Of a DNA stretch of 64,000 nucleotides, positions 47,688 through 57,685 are shown one piece after another. Position numbers and translations under genes: made by a program. The stretch is taken from the NCBI GenBank assembly GCA_944380515.1, contig CALWHT010000031.1, positions 17,332-81,331 on the forward strand, read 5' to 3'. Under the pieces are notes generated by a model that searched no databases, was not told the DNA's origin, and saw nothing but the letters and a program-made list of their open reading frames with translations. This DNA comes from an uncultured Roseburia sp. Its GTDB lineage: Bacteria > Bacillota > Clostridia > Lachnospirales > Lachnospiraceae. Position 1 is the first letter of the stretch. The number at the start of each line of letters is the position of its first letter.

Positions 47688-49259
47688 TTACCGGCGAATG
47701 ATCTCATCGACCCCGTGAAGCTCTAACGCTTCACCCACGCAGCCATCCACTGTCACATGTTCCAATACAAGTTTTTTTACATTTCTGGCATAAATTCCCT
47801 TTTTACTGCATTTCTCCACGCCGTTTGACATAATCGGAACATCGCATTTCGCCTCCCCGGCAAAGGAAACAGCAACATTTTTCATCTCTACCGTTTCAAT
47901 TTTCTGCTCCGGCAGCCCGTCAAAATACGATGCCGCCACATGACAGTTATTTGCACGGATATTTTCAAACCGGAGTGTCCGAATCGAGGGAGTTCCGTCA
48001 TCCACCGGATAAACCTCCCTGGACTGCACGAACTCGGTTCTTCCGTCGGGATCGCAGAAATAAAACGCATTGGCGGTAAACGGCGTCATCACATGCTCCA
48101 TCTCAATATCCCGGAAAATGATATCATCCAGCACCGCGTCCTTTCCTCGCCCGCGCCTTGTTTTGATGCGCAGCCCCCGGTCCGTATGGGAGAACCGGCA
48201 TTTTTCCACCACCAGATTTTTCACGCCGCCTGCCATCTCACTTCCCACGGTGACAGCCCCGTGCCCGTTCTCCATCAGGCATTGCCAGATGTGAAGATTC
48301 TCGGAGGGTGTTTTGTATTTCCTTCCCATATAGATTTTTCCTGATTTGACTGCAATACAGTCATCCCCCAGCGAAAACCGGATGCCGCAAATGTCTACAT
48401 CCTTACAGGATTCCGGGTCAAGCCCGTCGGTATTCGGGGAATTTGCCGGATTTTCGACTGTCAGGCTGCAAAACATCAGGTGATTGCTGAAATAGGGGTG
48501 AAGCACCCAGGCGGGACTGTCGTGGAAGGTAAGTCCCTGCACCAGAATATTTTCACAGTGATTCAGAAAAAGCATGCGCGGCCGGAAAGCTCCCACCATC
48601 ACCTTTTCGTTTTTCCACCAGTTGTCATGGCTGGCGCAGCCGTTAATGCTGCCCTCCCCATACAGCTTCACATTTGAAACATAAATTCCCGTAAGGATTC
48701 CCGCAAAGCTCTTTAACGGGTTTCCCTCCCAGGAGCCCAGATTATATTCCTCTTTTTCATCCCAGCTCTCAATCAGACCGGGAAGAATCGCAAAATGATT
48801 TCTGTCCGTATCCGCTTTCAGCTCGGCCCCCTTTGCAAGCTCTACATTGATATCGCTTTTTAAAAAGAGGCTGGTAATCCGGTAGGTCCCGGCCGGAATC
48901 AGCACACGGCTGTCCTTCGGACACGCCATGATCGCCGCCTGGATAAAGGAAGTGTCGTCCGTGATGCCATCCCCTTTTGCACCGAAATCCCGGACATTCA
49001 GCGTAACAAATTCATAGTCCGTTTCAAATGAAAGTGCGGCTTCCTCCTCTCCCATCTCATTTTTCACCTGCACCGTGTACACGGTGGACGGCTTTAACCC
49101 GTAAAGAGAGGTGATGACAGTGTCCGTCGTCTTTGCCTCCTTCCCGTCCAGCAAAATACGATACGTTTTTTTTGTGTGATAAATTCCCCCATCGTCCAGC
49201 GAAAGCGAAACGCTTCTCGCTGTCTTTGTCAAGATTCGAAGCTCCATATCCATCTCCAT
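47688..49259 (-). CDS. GH28 (exo-)polygalacturonase with an N-terminal FN3-like domain; start may be 49247
   Basis: Catalytic motifs NTDG, GDDCIA, GHG and RIK; no signal peptide. Confidence 0.92.
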   Translation of the reverse strand: MEMDMELRILTKTARSVSLSLDDGGIYHTKKTYRILLDGKEAKTTDTVITSLYGLKPSTVYTVQVKNEMGEEEAALSFETDYEFVTLNVRDFGAKGDGITDDTSFIQAAIMACPKDSRVLIPAGTYRITSLFLKSDINVELAKGAELKADTDRNHFAILPGLIESWDEKEEYNLGSWEGNPLKSFAGILTGIYVSNVKLYGEGSINGCASHDNWWKNEKVMVGAFRPRMLFLNHCENILVQGLTFHDSPAWVLHPYFSNHLMFCSLTVENPANSPNTDGLDPESCKDVDICGIRFSLGDDCIAVKSGKIYMGRKYKTPSENLHIWQCLMENGHGAVTVGSEMAGGVKNLVVEKCRFSHTDRGLRIKTRRGRGKDAVLDDIIFRDIEMEHVMTPFTANAFYFCDPDGRTEFVQSREVYPVDDGTPSIRTLRFENIRANNCHVAASYFDGLPEQKIETVEMKNVAVSFAGEAKCDVPIMSNGVEKCSKKGIYARNVKKLVLEHVTVDGCVGEALELHGVDEIIRR

Positions 49260-49263
49260 TCAA

Positions 49264-49301
49264 TAAAGAAAAGAGGGGCAACAACCTGTGCTGCGCCCCT
49301 C
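49264..49301 (-). terminator. Internal terminator between the ABC permease and GH28
   Basis: GAGGGGC/GCCCCTC stem followed by TTTTCTTT on the minus strand. Confidence 0.6.
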
Positions 49302-49308
49302 CAAATCA

Positions 49309-50172
49309 TTAACCCTTCACACCGCCGGCCGAAATACCGTCTACGAATTTATCCTGCGCCAGGAAGAATATGATCAAGGACGGCAGGATGGAAATCAGCG
49401 ACAGCGCCAAAATACGGTTCCATGAGAATCCAGCGTCCGCATCCATCGACAGCTTAACGAAAATAGCCAGCGGGTATTTTGCCGGAGTATTCACGTAAAG
49501 CAACGGTCCCATAAAGTCGTTGGACGACCACATGAACTGGAACAGCGCAATCGACGTAATTGCCGGAGAAAGCATCGGAACAATTACCTTCACCAGTGTC
49601 TGTACGGAATTACAGCCGTCAATCTTTGCCGCCTCATCCAATTCCTTCGGCACATTGCGCAGGAACTGAATAAGCTGGAATACGAACAGTGTATCCGTTG
49701 CGAAGAGCGTAGGCACAATAATCGGCAGATACAGCGGAGAGTCCACCCAGCCCAGCTTGGTAAAGAGGATGAACTGCGGAACGTTCAGCACTACCTGCGG
49801 CAGAAACAGCGTTGCCATCAGGATGGAAAACAGGATTCCACGCCCTTTGAACTGGAAACGACCGAAGCCGTAAGCCGTAACAGTTGCGGAAATCATTGTG
49901 AAAATAACCTTCGGGATTACGTAGGAAAAGGTATTTAACATAGCCTTCCATACATTGATGGTTCCTCCGTAATTCTCCATCGCCTTCTGATAGCCTTCCA
50001 GCGTCGGGTTTTTCGGAATAAATCCGATGCTGGAGAAAATCTCCGAATTGGATTTAAAAGTCGCACCGACCATCCAGATTAACGGGTATACCATAATCAG
50101 TCCGACGAGAATCAGCACAAAATATCTTATAAATAAATTGACATAATGTTTTGTTTTGCTTTCAGCTGCCAT
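49309..50172 (-). CDS. Carbohydrate ABC transporter permease (MalG type)
   Basis: VPKELDEAAKIDGC EAA motif; AYGFGRFQFKGR. Confidence 0.94.
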   Translation of the reverse strand: MAAESKTKHYVNLFIRYFVLILVGLIMVYPLIWMVGATFKSNSEIFSSIGFIPKNPTLEGYQKAMENYGGTINVWKAMLNTFSYVIPKVIFTMISATVTAYGFGRFQFKGRGILFSILMATLFLPQVVLNVPQFILFTKLGWVDSPLYLPIIVPTLFATDTLFVFQLIQFLRNVPKELDEAAKIDGCNSVQTLVKVIVPMLSPAITSIALFQFMWSSNDFMGPLLYVNTPAKYPLAIFVKLSMDADAGFSWNRILALSLISILPSLIIFFLAQDKFVDGISAGGVKG

Positions 50173-50177
50173 TTTCC

Positions 50178-51116
50178 TTAGCCCTCCTCATCTGAATAGA
50201 ATACCCAGTACTTCTGGCTTAAGAATGCGATAATGGTAAATATCATCAGAATGACGAACATTACCCAGGCCATCGCACTCGCCATACCCATGTCATACTG
50301 TTTGAACGCACTGTTGTAAATCAACAGGGAAATCAGCGTCGTAGAGTTTCTCGGACCGCCCTGCGTGATGATGTAAGGTCCGTTGAATTCCTGGAACGCC
50401 TGGCAAAGCTGCGTTACCAGATTGTAGAAAATAACCGGCGTAATGATCGGCACCGTCACCGAGAAGAACTGACGCCATTTTCCGGCTCCGTCGATTGCCG
50501 CCGCTTCGTAAAGATCCTGCGGTACACCCTTTAATGCGGCAAGGAAGATAACCATTGCCGAACCGAACTGCCATACACGCAGCAGACAGATTACAAACAG
50601 CGCATAATCCGGATCGCTCAGCCAGCTCGGTCCCGCAATTCCGAAAAAGCCAAGTACGGTGTTCAAAAGTCCGTCATCGCGGAATACTGCCTTCCACAAT
50701 ACCGCGATTGCCACGGAACCGCCGAGAATAGACGGAATGTAGTATGCGGTACGGAAGAAATTCACGCCCTTAATCTTGAAGTTTAAGATATACGCAATAA
50801 ATAATGCGAATACCAGCTTCAGCGGCACGGTAATAAACGCGTATTTAAATGTTACCTGCAGCGCCGTTACAATCTTGCGGGTCGTGAACACATCGATATA
50901 ATTCTGGAGCGTCCCGATCACATTCATTCCCTTAAACAGATTGTAGTCGGTAAAGCTGTAAAACAGGGAAGATGCCATTGGCCATAACTTGAACACAAGA
51001 AATCCAAACAGCCACGGCAGAACAAAGAAAAAGCCGATATTATCCCGACAGATGTCTTTAAAGGACTTTTTCTTTTTTGGAATTGCTGCTACTGCAGCGT
51101 TGCTTTTCTTAGCCAT
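50178..51116 (-). CDS. Carbohydrate ABC transporter permease (MalF type)
   Basis: SLFYSFTDY, FRTAYYIPS and VPQDLYEAAAIDGA motifs. Confidence 0.94.
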   Translation of the reverse strand: MAKKSNAAVAAIPKKKKSFKDICRDNIGFFFVLPWLFGFLVFKLWPMASSLFYSFTDYNLFKGMNVIGTLQNYIDVFTTRKIVTALQVTFKYAFITVPLKLVFALFIAYILNFKIKGVNFFRTAYYIPSILGGSVAIAVLWKAVFRDDGLLNTVLGFFGIAGPSWLSDPDYALFVICLLRVWQFGSAMVIFLAALKGVPQDLYEAAAIDGAGKWRQFFSVTVPIITPVIFYNLVTQLCQAFQEFNGPYIITQGGPRNSTTLISLLIYNSAFKQYDMGMASAMAWVMFVILMIFTIIAFLSQKYWVFYSDEEG

Positions 51117-51133
51117 CCTTTTGTACCTCCTAA

Positions 51134-51958
51134 TTAAAATTTATTTGTGTGCCTCGCTTCGTTTTGGCCTGTTATCACATATTGTGCATATGCCATCATG
51201 ATAATCCCCATTGTCACTGCATCCTGCGGTTCAAACGGGCCATCTATCACACCATCAATCAGCATAAGTCCCGATCCGGTATACTTCTCACAATTCAAAA
51301 CACCCATGTTGCATGCCTTTGTAATCGCGTAACCCACCATCGCACGTTCCATCAAATCCATTTTTTCCGCTCTGATGTTCTGCTGGATATGCCTGATGGT
51401 CTCCTTAAAAATCCCCTCGAGGGATTTGTAATGTTCGAATATTTCAACGCTCATGCGCTCCATGACATCTATGAGCGTCATAAGATACCAGCCTGTCAAA
51501 AAATATCGTCCGTTCTCCTGCGGCTTCGTCCGCCGGAGCTGGAGAACAATATCACTGTATTCCGCCTTATTATGAAATCTCGTCTCATACTCCATATAAA
51601 ACGGCAGGATTGCGTATTGCTCCGCCGGTCCCATTCCGGCAAACACTCCGTCTGCCTCCCGCGGCAGAGCTTTCACCCGGCTTATCACAGCCTCAATTCG
51701 GGAGCGCCATTCCTCATCTCCCGTCTCATCATATATCCCGTAAAATGCTCTCGCGGCGTTTACCCATTCCGCCAGTGCGTCCTGCGGCATATTATGTATA
51801 TTTTTATATTTTTCCGCAACAGAAAAAATCTTCTTTCTGTAAAATTCCTCTCCGGTTGCCCGGTATAGCTGCATACATCCGTTCAAAATGCAGCCCGAAG
51901 GTTTCTGTGTGAGCGTCTCGTCCTCAAGATATTCACGCAAATATAAACCAAATTCCAT
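51134..51958 (-). CDS. Degenerate GH105/GH88-like protein, probable pseudoenzyme
   Basis: Shares PFYMEYETRF, VNA and GWY..L.D with the 37718 GH105 but lacks the WLDG, YHAWD and FWxR motifs. Confidence 0.75.
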   Translation of the reverse strand: MEFGLYLREYLEDETLTQKPSGCILNGCMQLYRATGEEFYRKKIFSVAEKYKNIHNMPQDALAEWVNAARAFYGIYDETGDEEWRSRIEAVISRVKALPREADGVFAGMGPAEQYAILPFYMEYETRFHNKAEYSDIVLQLRRTKPQENGRYFLTGWYLMTLIDVMERMSVEIFEHYKSLEGIFKETIRHIQQNIRAEKMDLMERAMVGYAITKACNMGVLNCEKYTGSGLMLIDGVIDGPFEPQDAVTMGIIMMAYAQYVITGQNEARHTNKF

Positions 51959-51979
51959 AGTGCACCTTTTCATAAAAAT

Positions 51980-52009
51980 GGAGCTGCTGTTGTCTCTAAC
52001 AGCAGCTCC
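51980..52009 (-). terminator. Stem-loop downstream of the solute-binding protein gene
   Basis: Perfect 12-bp stem GGAGCTGCTGTT/AACAGCAGCTCC; typical SBP mRNA stabiliser or partial terminator. Confidence 0.75.
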
Positions 52010-52019
52010 TTTTCACCTA

Positions 52020-53423
52020 TTACTGGGAAATAACTGCATTAACGCCGTCAATCAGAATCTCTGCTGCTTCTTCTGCGGTGTAATCGCCGTAGCTTAAGCC
52101 TGCCATAACATCATAGTAAACGCCGTCGCTGCTCTTTAAAGTAGAGTCCTCGAAATACGGGTCAAGGCTATTGCTTACATATGCAAGAACCTTTCTGTTC
52201 GCCTCTACTACGATTCCGTCAAGACCGCCGTCTGCCTCTGCTGCTGCCAGAGCCGACTGAGATACCGGAATACCTCTCTCGGATTTCAGAATCTTAGCTG
52301 CGTCTTCATCGTTCATTAAGAAGTTTACAAGCATTGCTGCTTCCTTCGGATGCTCACAGTTTGCATTGATTGCCCATGCCATGGAAACTTTGGAGAAACC
52401 TCCCTGGTAGTCGCCCATGCCGGTCAGATAATCGCCAACCACGAACTCACGTCCCTCTTCCAGAGCTGCCTGGAATTTGCTTGCGGAGGAATCCCACTCG
52501 AAGATACCTGCATAATGTCCGTCAATCCAGTTCTGGTTCTGATCCAGGGAAGCCGCGCCGTCACCTGCAATCGTTGCGATGGACGGAATCACGTGTGCAT
52601 CCTCAAGGCTCTGAATGAACTCAAGACCTTCCGTTACCTGCTCTGCCGTATAATTTAAGGTATCACCGGTTACCCAGTCATTGCCGTATACGGACTCAAG
52701 ATAGTAAACCATGAAAATCATTCTGTCGTACTCGCCGAGAGCCAGCGGATAATAATCATCGCCGTATGCAGCAAACGCCTCGCCGCATGCCATCAGCTCA
52801 TCCAAAGAAGTCGGAATTTCACAGCCAACCTCATCAAAGGTCGTCTTATCCCAGTAGAGAATTCTTCCGGTCATGGAAATCGGAATACCTGCCTGAGAAC
52901 CATCGCCCGCCTCGCACATTGCAAGGAACTTGGAATCCACCTGGCTTAAATCAATCACGTTTGAATATTCATTTAAGTCAAGAAAAACCGAGCCATCTGC
53001 ATCATACTGTGTGATCCAGTTCCAGTTAATCTGGTTTACATCCTGAGCGGAGCCTGCCGCAAAAGCGGTGGCCATCTTCTCCTCCCAGCCGTCCCATGCG
53101 GAATAAGTGGACTCTACTGTGATTCCCGGATACTTCTCCATGAACAGATCGAGTGCTTCCTGTGTTGCAGAATGTCTGCTGTCACCGCCCCACCAGGAAA
53201 TGGTAAGAGTGCAGTTCTCATAGGAGCCATCGCCAGCCGCCGCGGTCTCCGTAGAATCAACCGCCTCCGATGTTGCATCATCGGTTGCCGCCGCGTTGTT
53301 GGTCGTCGACGCATCATCTGTGGTTGCATTTCCTGTGTTACTGTTTCCACAGGCTGCTGTCGTGAATGCCATCGCTGCCACTAAACCGGTAGCCATTGCA
53401 CGTTTCAAGAATTCCTTCTTCAT
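52020..53423 (-). CDS. Carbohydrate ABC transporter solute-binding lipoprotein (probably oligogalacturonides)
   Basis: Lipobox TAAC, T/D/A-rich linker, SWWGGDSRH and ERGIP motifs, as recalled for TogB-like SBPs. Confidence 0.9.
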   Translation of the reverse strand: MKKEFLKRAMATGLVAAMAFTTAACGNSNTGNATTDDASTTNNAAATDDATSEAVDSTETAAAGDGSYENCTLTISWWGGDSRHSATQEALDLFMEKYPGITVESTYSAWDGWEEKMATAFAAGSAQDVNQINWNWITQYDADGSVFLDLNEYSNVIDLSQVDSKFLAMCEAGDGSQAGIPISMTGRILYWDKTTFDEVGCEIPTSLDELMACGEAFAAYGDDYYPLALGEYDRMIFMVYYLESVYGNDWVTGDTLNYTAEQVTEGLEFIQSLEDAHVIPSIATIAGDGAASLDQNQNWIDGHYAGIFEWDSSASKFQAALEEGREFVVGDYLTGMGDYQGGFSKVSMAWAINANCEHPKEAAMLVNFLMNDEDAAKILKSERGIPVSQSALAAAEADGGLDGIVVEANRKVLAYVSNSLDPYFEDSTLKSSDGVYYDVMAGLSYGDYTAEEAAEILIDGVNAVISQ

Positions 53424-53520
53424 ACTTCTCTTCTCCTTTTTCTCTGTAAAATCCTTTACAGTTTGTCAATGTGACCGCTTCCCCAGTTACTATCTCTGTG
53501 TTTCTTGTTCACATTGCAAT

Positions 53521-53538
53521 AATGTAAGTGCTTACATT
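53521..53538. promoter_or_regulatory. LacI-family/cre-type operator 2
   Basis: AATGTAAG-TG-CTTACATT immediately downstream of an extended -10 (TGCTATAAT, 53543-53551, minus strand). Confidence 0.78.
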
Positions 53539-53637
53539 ATGTATTATAGCATATGGTTTATAAAATTGCACTACTTTTTTTCATTTTTTTTTTATTTTTT
53601 TGTACGATTTTTTATTTCTTCTTACAGGCAGCAGCAA

Positions 53638-54441
53638 TTACTGTGGCTGTTTGCCGATGTAAGCCAGAATACCGCCGTCCACATATACGACGTGACCGTT
53701 GACAAAGTTTGATGCGTCGGATGCCAGAAATACTGCCGGTCCCTGCAGATCCTCGGCATTTCCCCATCTCGCTGCCGGCGTTTTCGCGATAATAAACTGG
53801 TCGAACGGATGTCTGGAGCCGTCCGGCTGAATCTCACGCAGCGGAGCTGTCTGCGGGGTCGCAATATAGCCCGGGCCGATACCGTTGCACTGAATATTGA
53901 ACTCGCCGTACTCGGATGCAATATTCTTTGTAAGCATTTTCAAACCGCCCTTAGCCGCAGCGTAAGCGGATACGGTTTCGCGTCCCAGCTCACTCATCAT
54001 AGAGCAGATGTTGATAATTTTTCCGTGTCCCTTCTTAATCATAGAAGGAATCACCGCTTTCGATACAATAAACGGCGCATTCAGGTCAACATCGATCACC
54101 TGACGGAACTCCGCAGCCGTCATATCGCACATCGGAATACGTTTGATAATTCCCGCATTATTTACAAGAATATCAATAACGCCTACTTCCTCTTCAATTT
54201 TCTTTACCAGTGCATTTACCTGCTCCTCGCTCGTCACATCGCATACATAACCGTGAGCCTTGATTCCTTTTTCCTCATAAGCGGCAAGTCCCTTATCCAC
54301 CAGTTCCTGCTTGATGTCGTTGAATACGATGGTCGCTCCTGCCTCTGCATAAGCGGACGCGATTGCAAAACCGATGCCGTAGGAAGCTCCTGTCACAAGC
54401 GCAATCTTGCCCTTCAATGAAAAACTGTCTAAAATTGCCAT
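53638..54441 (-). CDS. SDR oxidoreductase, gluconate 5-dehydrogenase / KduD(DhuD)-like
   Basis: TGASYGIG, NNAGII, YAAAKGG (YxxxK) and NGIGPGY motifs; uronate context. Confidence 0.88.
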   Translation of the reverse strand: MAILDSFSLKGKIALVTGASYGIGFAIASAYAEAGATIVFNDIKQELVDKGLAAYEEKGIKAHGYVCDVTSEEQVNALVKKIEEEVGVIDILVNNAGIIKRIPMCDMTAAEFRQVIDVDLNAPFIVSKAVIPSMIKKGHGKIINICSMMSELGRETVSAYAAAKGGLKMLTKNIASEYGEFNIQCNGIGPGYIATPQTAPLREIQPDGSRHPFDQFIIAKTPAARWGNAEDLQGPAVFLASDASNFVNGHVVYVDGGILAYIGKQPQ

Positions 54442-54506
54442 TTTTATCTCTCCTTTTCTTTTTATTTCAAATCTCCCCGCAGAGCGGGGAAGTCTTTGAC
54501 ACATAC

Positions 54507-55988
54507 TTACAATGTAACACCCTGTTTGAAAATCGCCATATCGTGGAAGCCCGCTTCCTCACTGCATACCTTTTTCCCGGAAGCAACTTCTATCACGTAA
54601 TCAAATAATTGCTGCGCCGTTCCGTCAGGCTCCGCGTCCTCCACCAGAACGCCTGCATTAAAGTCAATCCAGTTCTTCTTTTTCGCCGCAATGGCACTGT
54701 TGCTGGAGATTTTCACGGTCGGTACCGGGGAGGCGAACGGTGTTCCCCTGCCCGTCGTAAACAGGACAATCTGCGCCCCGCTCGCGGCAAGCGCCGTCGC
54801 CGCGACAAGGTCGTTGCCCGGCGCGCTCAAAAGATTGAGTCCCGGCGTGTGAACGCGCTCTCCGTAGGAAAGTACGCCTCTTACCGCCGCACTGCCCGAT
54901 TTCTGGGTACAGCCGAGGGATTTATCCTCCAGCGTCGAAATTCCGCCCTTTTTATTTCCCGGGGAGGGATTTTCATAAATCGTCTGGTGATTATCCTTAA
55001 AATATTGTTTAAAATCGTTAATCAGTTTTACCGTCTGTTCAAACAGTTCCTCGTTCTCGCAGCGGTTCATCAGAAGCGTTTCCGCGCCGAACATCTCGGG
55101 AACCTCCGTCAGTATCGTAGTGCCCCCCGTCCCGATCAGAAGATCCGAAAACTTTCCGACCAGGGGATTTGCCGTAATTCCCGAAAATCCGTCACTGCCT
55201 CCGCATTTCATGCCGACAATCAGCTTTGAGGTGCCCACCGCTTCCCGCTTGAAGCTGCCGGCGTAGGAAATCAGCTCATCCAAAAGCTTCTCTCCCTCCG
55301 CCATCTCGTCCTCGCACTCCTGACAAACCAAAAACTTTACGCGGTTTTCATCGTAATCTCCGATATATTTTTTTAATTCGCCGATATTGCTGTTTTCACA
55401 GCCGAGCCCCAGGACAAGCACACCGCCTGCATTCGGGTGCTTTACCAGGTCGGCAAGAATCGTGCGCGTGTGCTCCTGGTCGTCTCCCATCTGGGAGCAG
55501 CCGTAGGGATGCGGAAATGCGATGACCTCGTCCACGCTCCCGCGTACCTTTTCATTCGCCCGTCTCGCCATAGCGGTGGCAATATTATTCACACAGCCGA
55601 CAGTCGGGATAATCCAGATTTCATTGCGCACGCCGACGCTTCCGTCTGGCCGTACAAATCCCTGAAATGTGCGTTCCTCCGTCTTTTTTACCTCTGCCTT
55701 TACCGGCTCATAGGTGTAGGTGAGGAGGTCTCCCAGCGCAGTCTTTACATTATGTACATGAACCCACTGTCCGGCATGAATAGGCTCTTTTGCATATCCG
55801 ATGCGAAAACCGTATTTCATCACAGCCTCGCCCTCCGCGATATCACGGATTGCCATTTTATGTCCGGCCGGGACGGTCTCTGCCGCCGTAACCTCCGCTC
55901 CTTCCACAAGAACCTTCTCTCCCGGTGCAAGCTCCTTTAACGCCACGATTACGTTGTCGTTTTCGTGTATTCTGATATAATCTTTCAT
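54507..55988 (-). CDS. uxaA: Altronate dehydratase
   Basis: SAF domain (DNVIVAL, GHKMA), GVRNEIWIIPTVGC, HPYGCSQ, CGGSD, NPSPGNK.GG and TTGRGTP motifs. Confidence 0.96.
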   Translation of the reverse strand: MKDYIRIHENDNVIVALKELAPGEKVLVEGAEVTAAETVPAGHKMAIRDIAEGEAVMKYGFRIGYAKEPIHAGQWVHVHNVKTALGDLLTYTYEPVKAEVKKTEERTFQGFVRPDGSVGVRNEIWIIPTVGCVNNIATAMARRANEKVRGSVDEVIAFPHPYGCSQMGDDQEHTRTILADLVKHPNAGGVLVLGLGCENSNIGELKKYIGDYDENRVKFLVCQECEDEMAEGEKLLDELISYAGSFKREAVGTSKLIVGMKCGGSDGFSGITANPLVGKFSDLLIGTGGTTILTEVPEMFGAETLLMNRCENEELFEQTVKLINDFKQYFKDNHQTIYENPSPGNKKGGISTLEDKSLGCTQKSGSAAVRGVLSYGERVHTPGLNLLSAPGNDLVAATALAASGAQIVLFTTGRGTPFASPVPTVKISSNSAIAAKKKNWIDFNAGVLVEDAEPDGTAQQLFDYVIEVASGKKVCSEEAGFHDMAIFKQGVTL

Positions 55989-56003
55989 AAGTGGTCTCCT
56001 GAC

Positions 56004-57470
56004 TTATGCTTTAAAATTCTTTTCCATTGCCCCTCTCATGCCAAGCGCCCGGATATCAGCCATATAGCCCGCGACTGCAGCCTCGGCACCCGCAAGCTTT
56101 GTCAAATCCTGTCCCCAGAAGCTTTCATTAGAAAGAACCGCATGCGTATATTCCGCCGCATCCTTAGAACTGTTCTCTGCGAAGAACTCCAGCACGTACG
56201 CATCGTCGAGAATCTGATATTCTTCTCCGTCCCTGTGCCCGATCAAAGCCTTATCCCGAATCTCTGTTCCCGTATAGAATGCCATGAGCGCCGCAAGCGA
56301 GAAGGTAAGATGCGTCGGGAGCTTTCCCTCTTTTTCTATGTATTCCAGGAAGCTCGGCATACATCTCGCGCGCCACTTGGAAACGGAATTAAGTGAAATC
56401 GACAGCAGTGCATGTTTCACATAAGGATTATTAAATCTCGTAATGACCGCGTTCGCAAAATCTGCCAAATCCTGCTTCGGAAGGGTCAACGTCGGAATGA
56501 CCTCGTCAAAAATGGTTTCCTTCATAAAATTAAAAATCAACTCATCCTGCATGGACTCCAGCACAATATCATTGCCGCAGAGGTAGGATGCCAGTACAAA
56601 GGAGGTGTGCGCTCCGTTTAAAATACGCACCTTTCTCTGTTTATACGGCTTCTGATTATCGGTAAAGATGACCGGAAGCCCCGCATCCGGAAGCGGAAAT
56701 TCTTTGCTGATGTCCTTTGCGCTTTCAATCACCCACAGGGCAAAAGGTTCGCCCGTGACGATGAGATTATCCTGATAGCCGAACTCTTTGCAGAGCTCCT
56801 CCGCCTCATCCTTCGGGTATCCGGTTACAATCCGATCCACCAGGGTGGAGGTAAACACGCAGGCTTTCTCAAGCCACTCTGTGAAACCGTCCTCAAGCTC
56901 CCAAAGCTTCGCCAGCTTTAAGACACATTCCTTTAAATGGATACCATTGTCGTCGATGAGCTCTACCGGAAGCATCACAAGTCCCTTATCCTCTGCTCCG
57001 TTAAAATGTTTATATCTTTCATATAAGAATTTGGTCAGCTTTCCCGGATAGCTCTTCGGCGGTTCCATCTCCAGACGGTCCGTATCGTCATATACGATTC
57101 CCGCCTCCGTCGTATTGGAAACGATAAAGCGCAGGGTGTCAAGTTTTGCATAATCCGCGTATCTCTGATACTCGCCGTAAGCATCCACCGCATCGCTCAC
57201 GCTTGTCACGATGCGGTTAATCCGTTTCGGCTCGCCGTCTACAATCCCCCGAAGCTGTACGGTGTACTGGCACTCCTGTGCATGAAATCTGTCGAGGCTT
57301 CCAAATTCAATCGGCTTTACAAGTACGATATCTCCGTCAAACTTTCCCTGTTCGTTTGCAATGTCAATCATGTAATCAACAAATGCACGAAGGAAATTTC
57401 CTTCACCGAACTGCAATACCCTGACCGGTCTTTCAACCTTTCCTGTTTTTTCTTTGCTTAATAGTTCCAT
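56004..57470 (-). CDS. uxaB: Tagaturonate reductase (altronate oxidoreductase)
   Basis: QFGEGNFLRAF, SNTTEAG, TLVDRIVTG and RKVRILNGAHT motifs. Confidence 0.96.
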   Translation of the reverse strand: MELLSKEKTGKVERPVRVLQFGEGNFLRAFVDYMIDIANEQGKFDGDIVLVKPIEFGSLDRFHAQECQYTVQLRGIVDGEPKRINRIVTSVSDAVDAYGEYQRYADYAKLDTLRFIVSNTTEAGIVYDDTDRLEMEPPKSYPGKLTKFLYERYKHFNGAEDKGLVMLPVELIDDNGIHLKECVLKLAKLWELEDGFTEWLEKACVFTSTLVDRIVTGYPKDEAEELCKEFGYQDNLIVTGEPFALWVIESAKDISKEFPLPDAGLPVIFTDNQKPYKQRKVRILNGAHTSFVLASYLCGNDIVLESMQDELIFNFMKETIFDEVIPTLTLPKQDLADFANAVITRFNNPYVKHALLSISLNSVSKWRARCMPSFLEYIEKEGKLPTHLTFSLAALMAFYTGTEIRDKALIGHRDGEEYQILDDAYVLEFFAENSSKDAAEYTHAVLSNESFWGQDLTKLAGAEAAVAGYMADIRALGMRGAMEKNFKA

Positions 57471-57513
57471 GATATCCTCCTGGTCATCTGATTCTTACTG
57501 CATTTTGTCAATA

Positions 57514-57527
57514 TGTAAGCGTTTACA
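57514..57527. promoter_or_regulatory. LacI-family/cre-type operator 3
   Basis: TGTAAGCGTTTACA, 44 nt upstream of the uxaB start. Confidence 0.75.
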
Positions 57528-57656
57528 CTTTGTATTCTTACATCTTTTTCTCAATTAGTCAATATGTAATTTTGCACAATTTAGTAATCTTATCTATTTT
57601 ACTCCCGTTTTTTCCTTTACTTTTTTATATTTTTGATATTTTTCCGGTTTATCATA

Positions 57657-57685
57657 TTGCTTTCTCTTTTTCCATATTGTATAAT
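57657..57685 (+). promoter_or_regulatory. Sigma-A promoter of lacI-uxaC-kduI-dhuI
   Basis: TTGCTT-N17-TATAAT. Confidence 0.65.
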
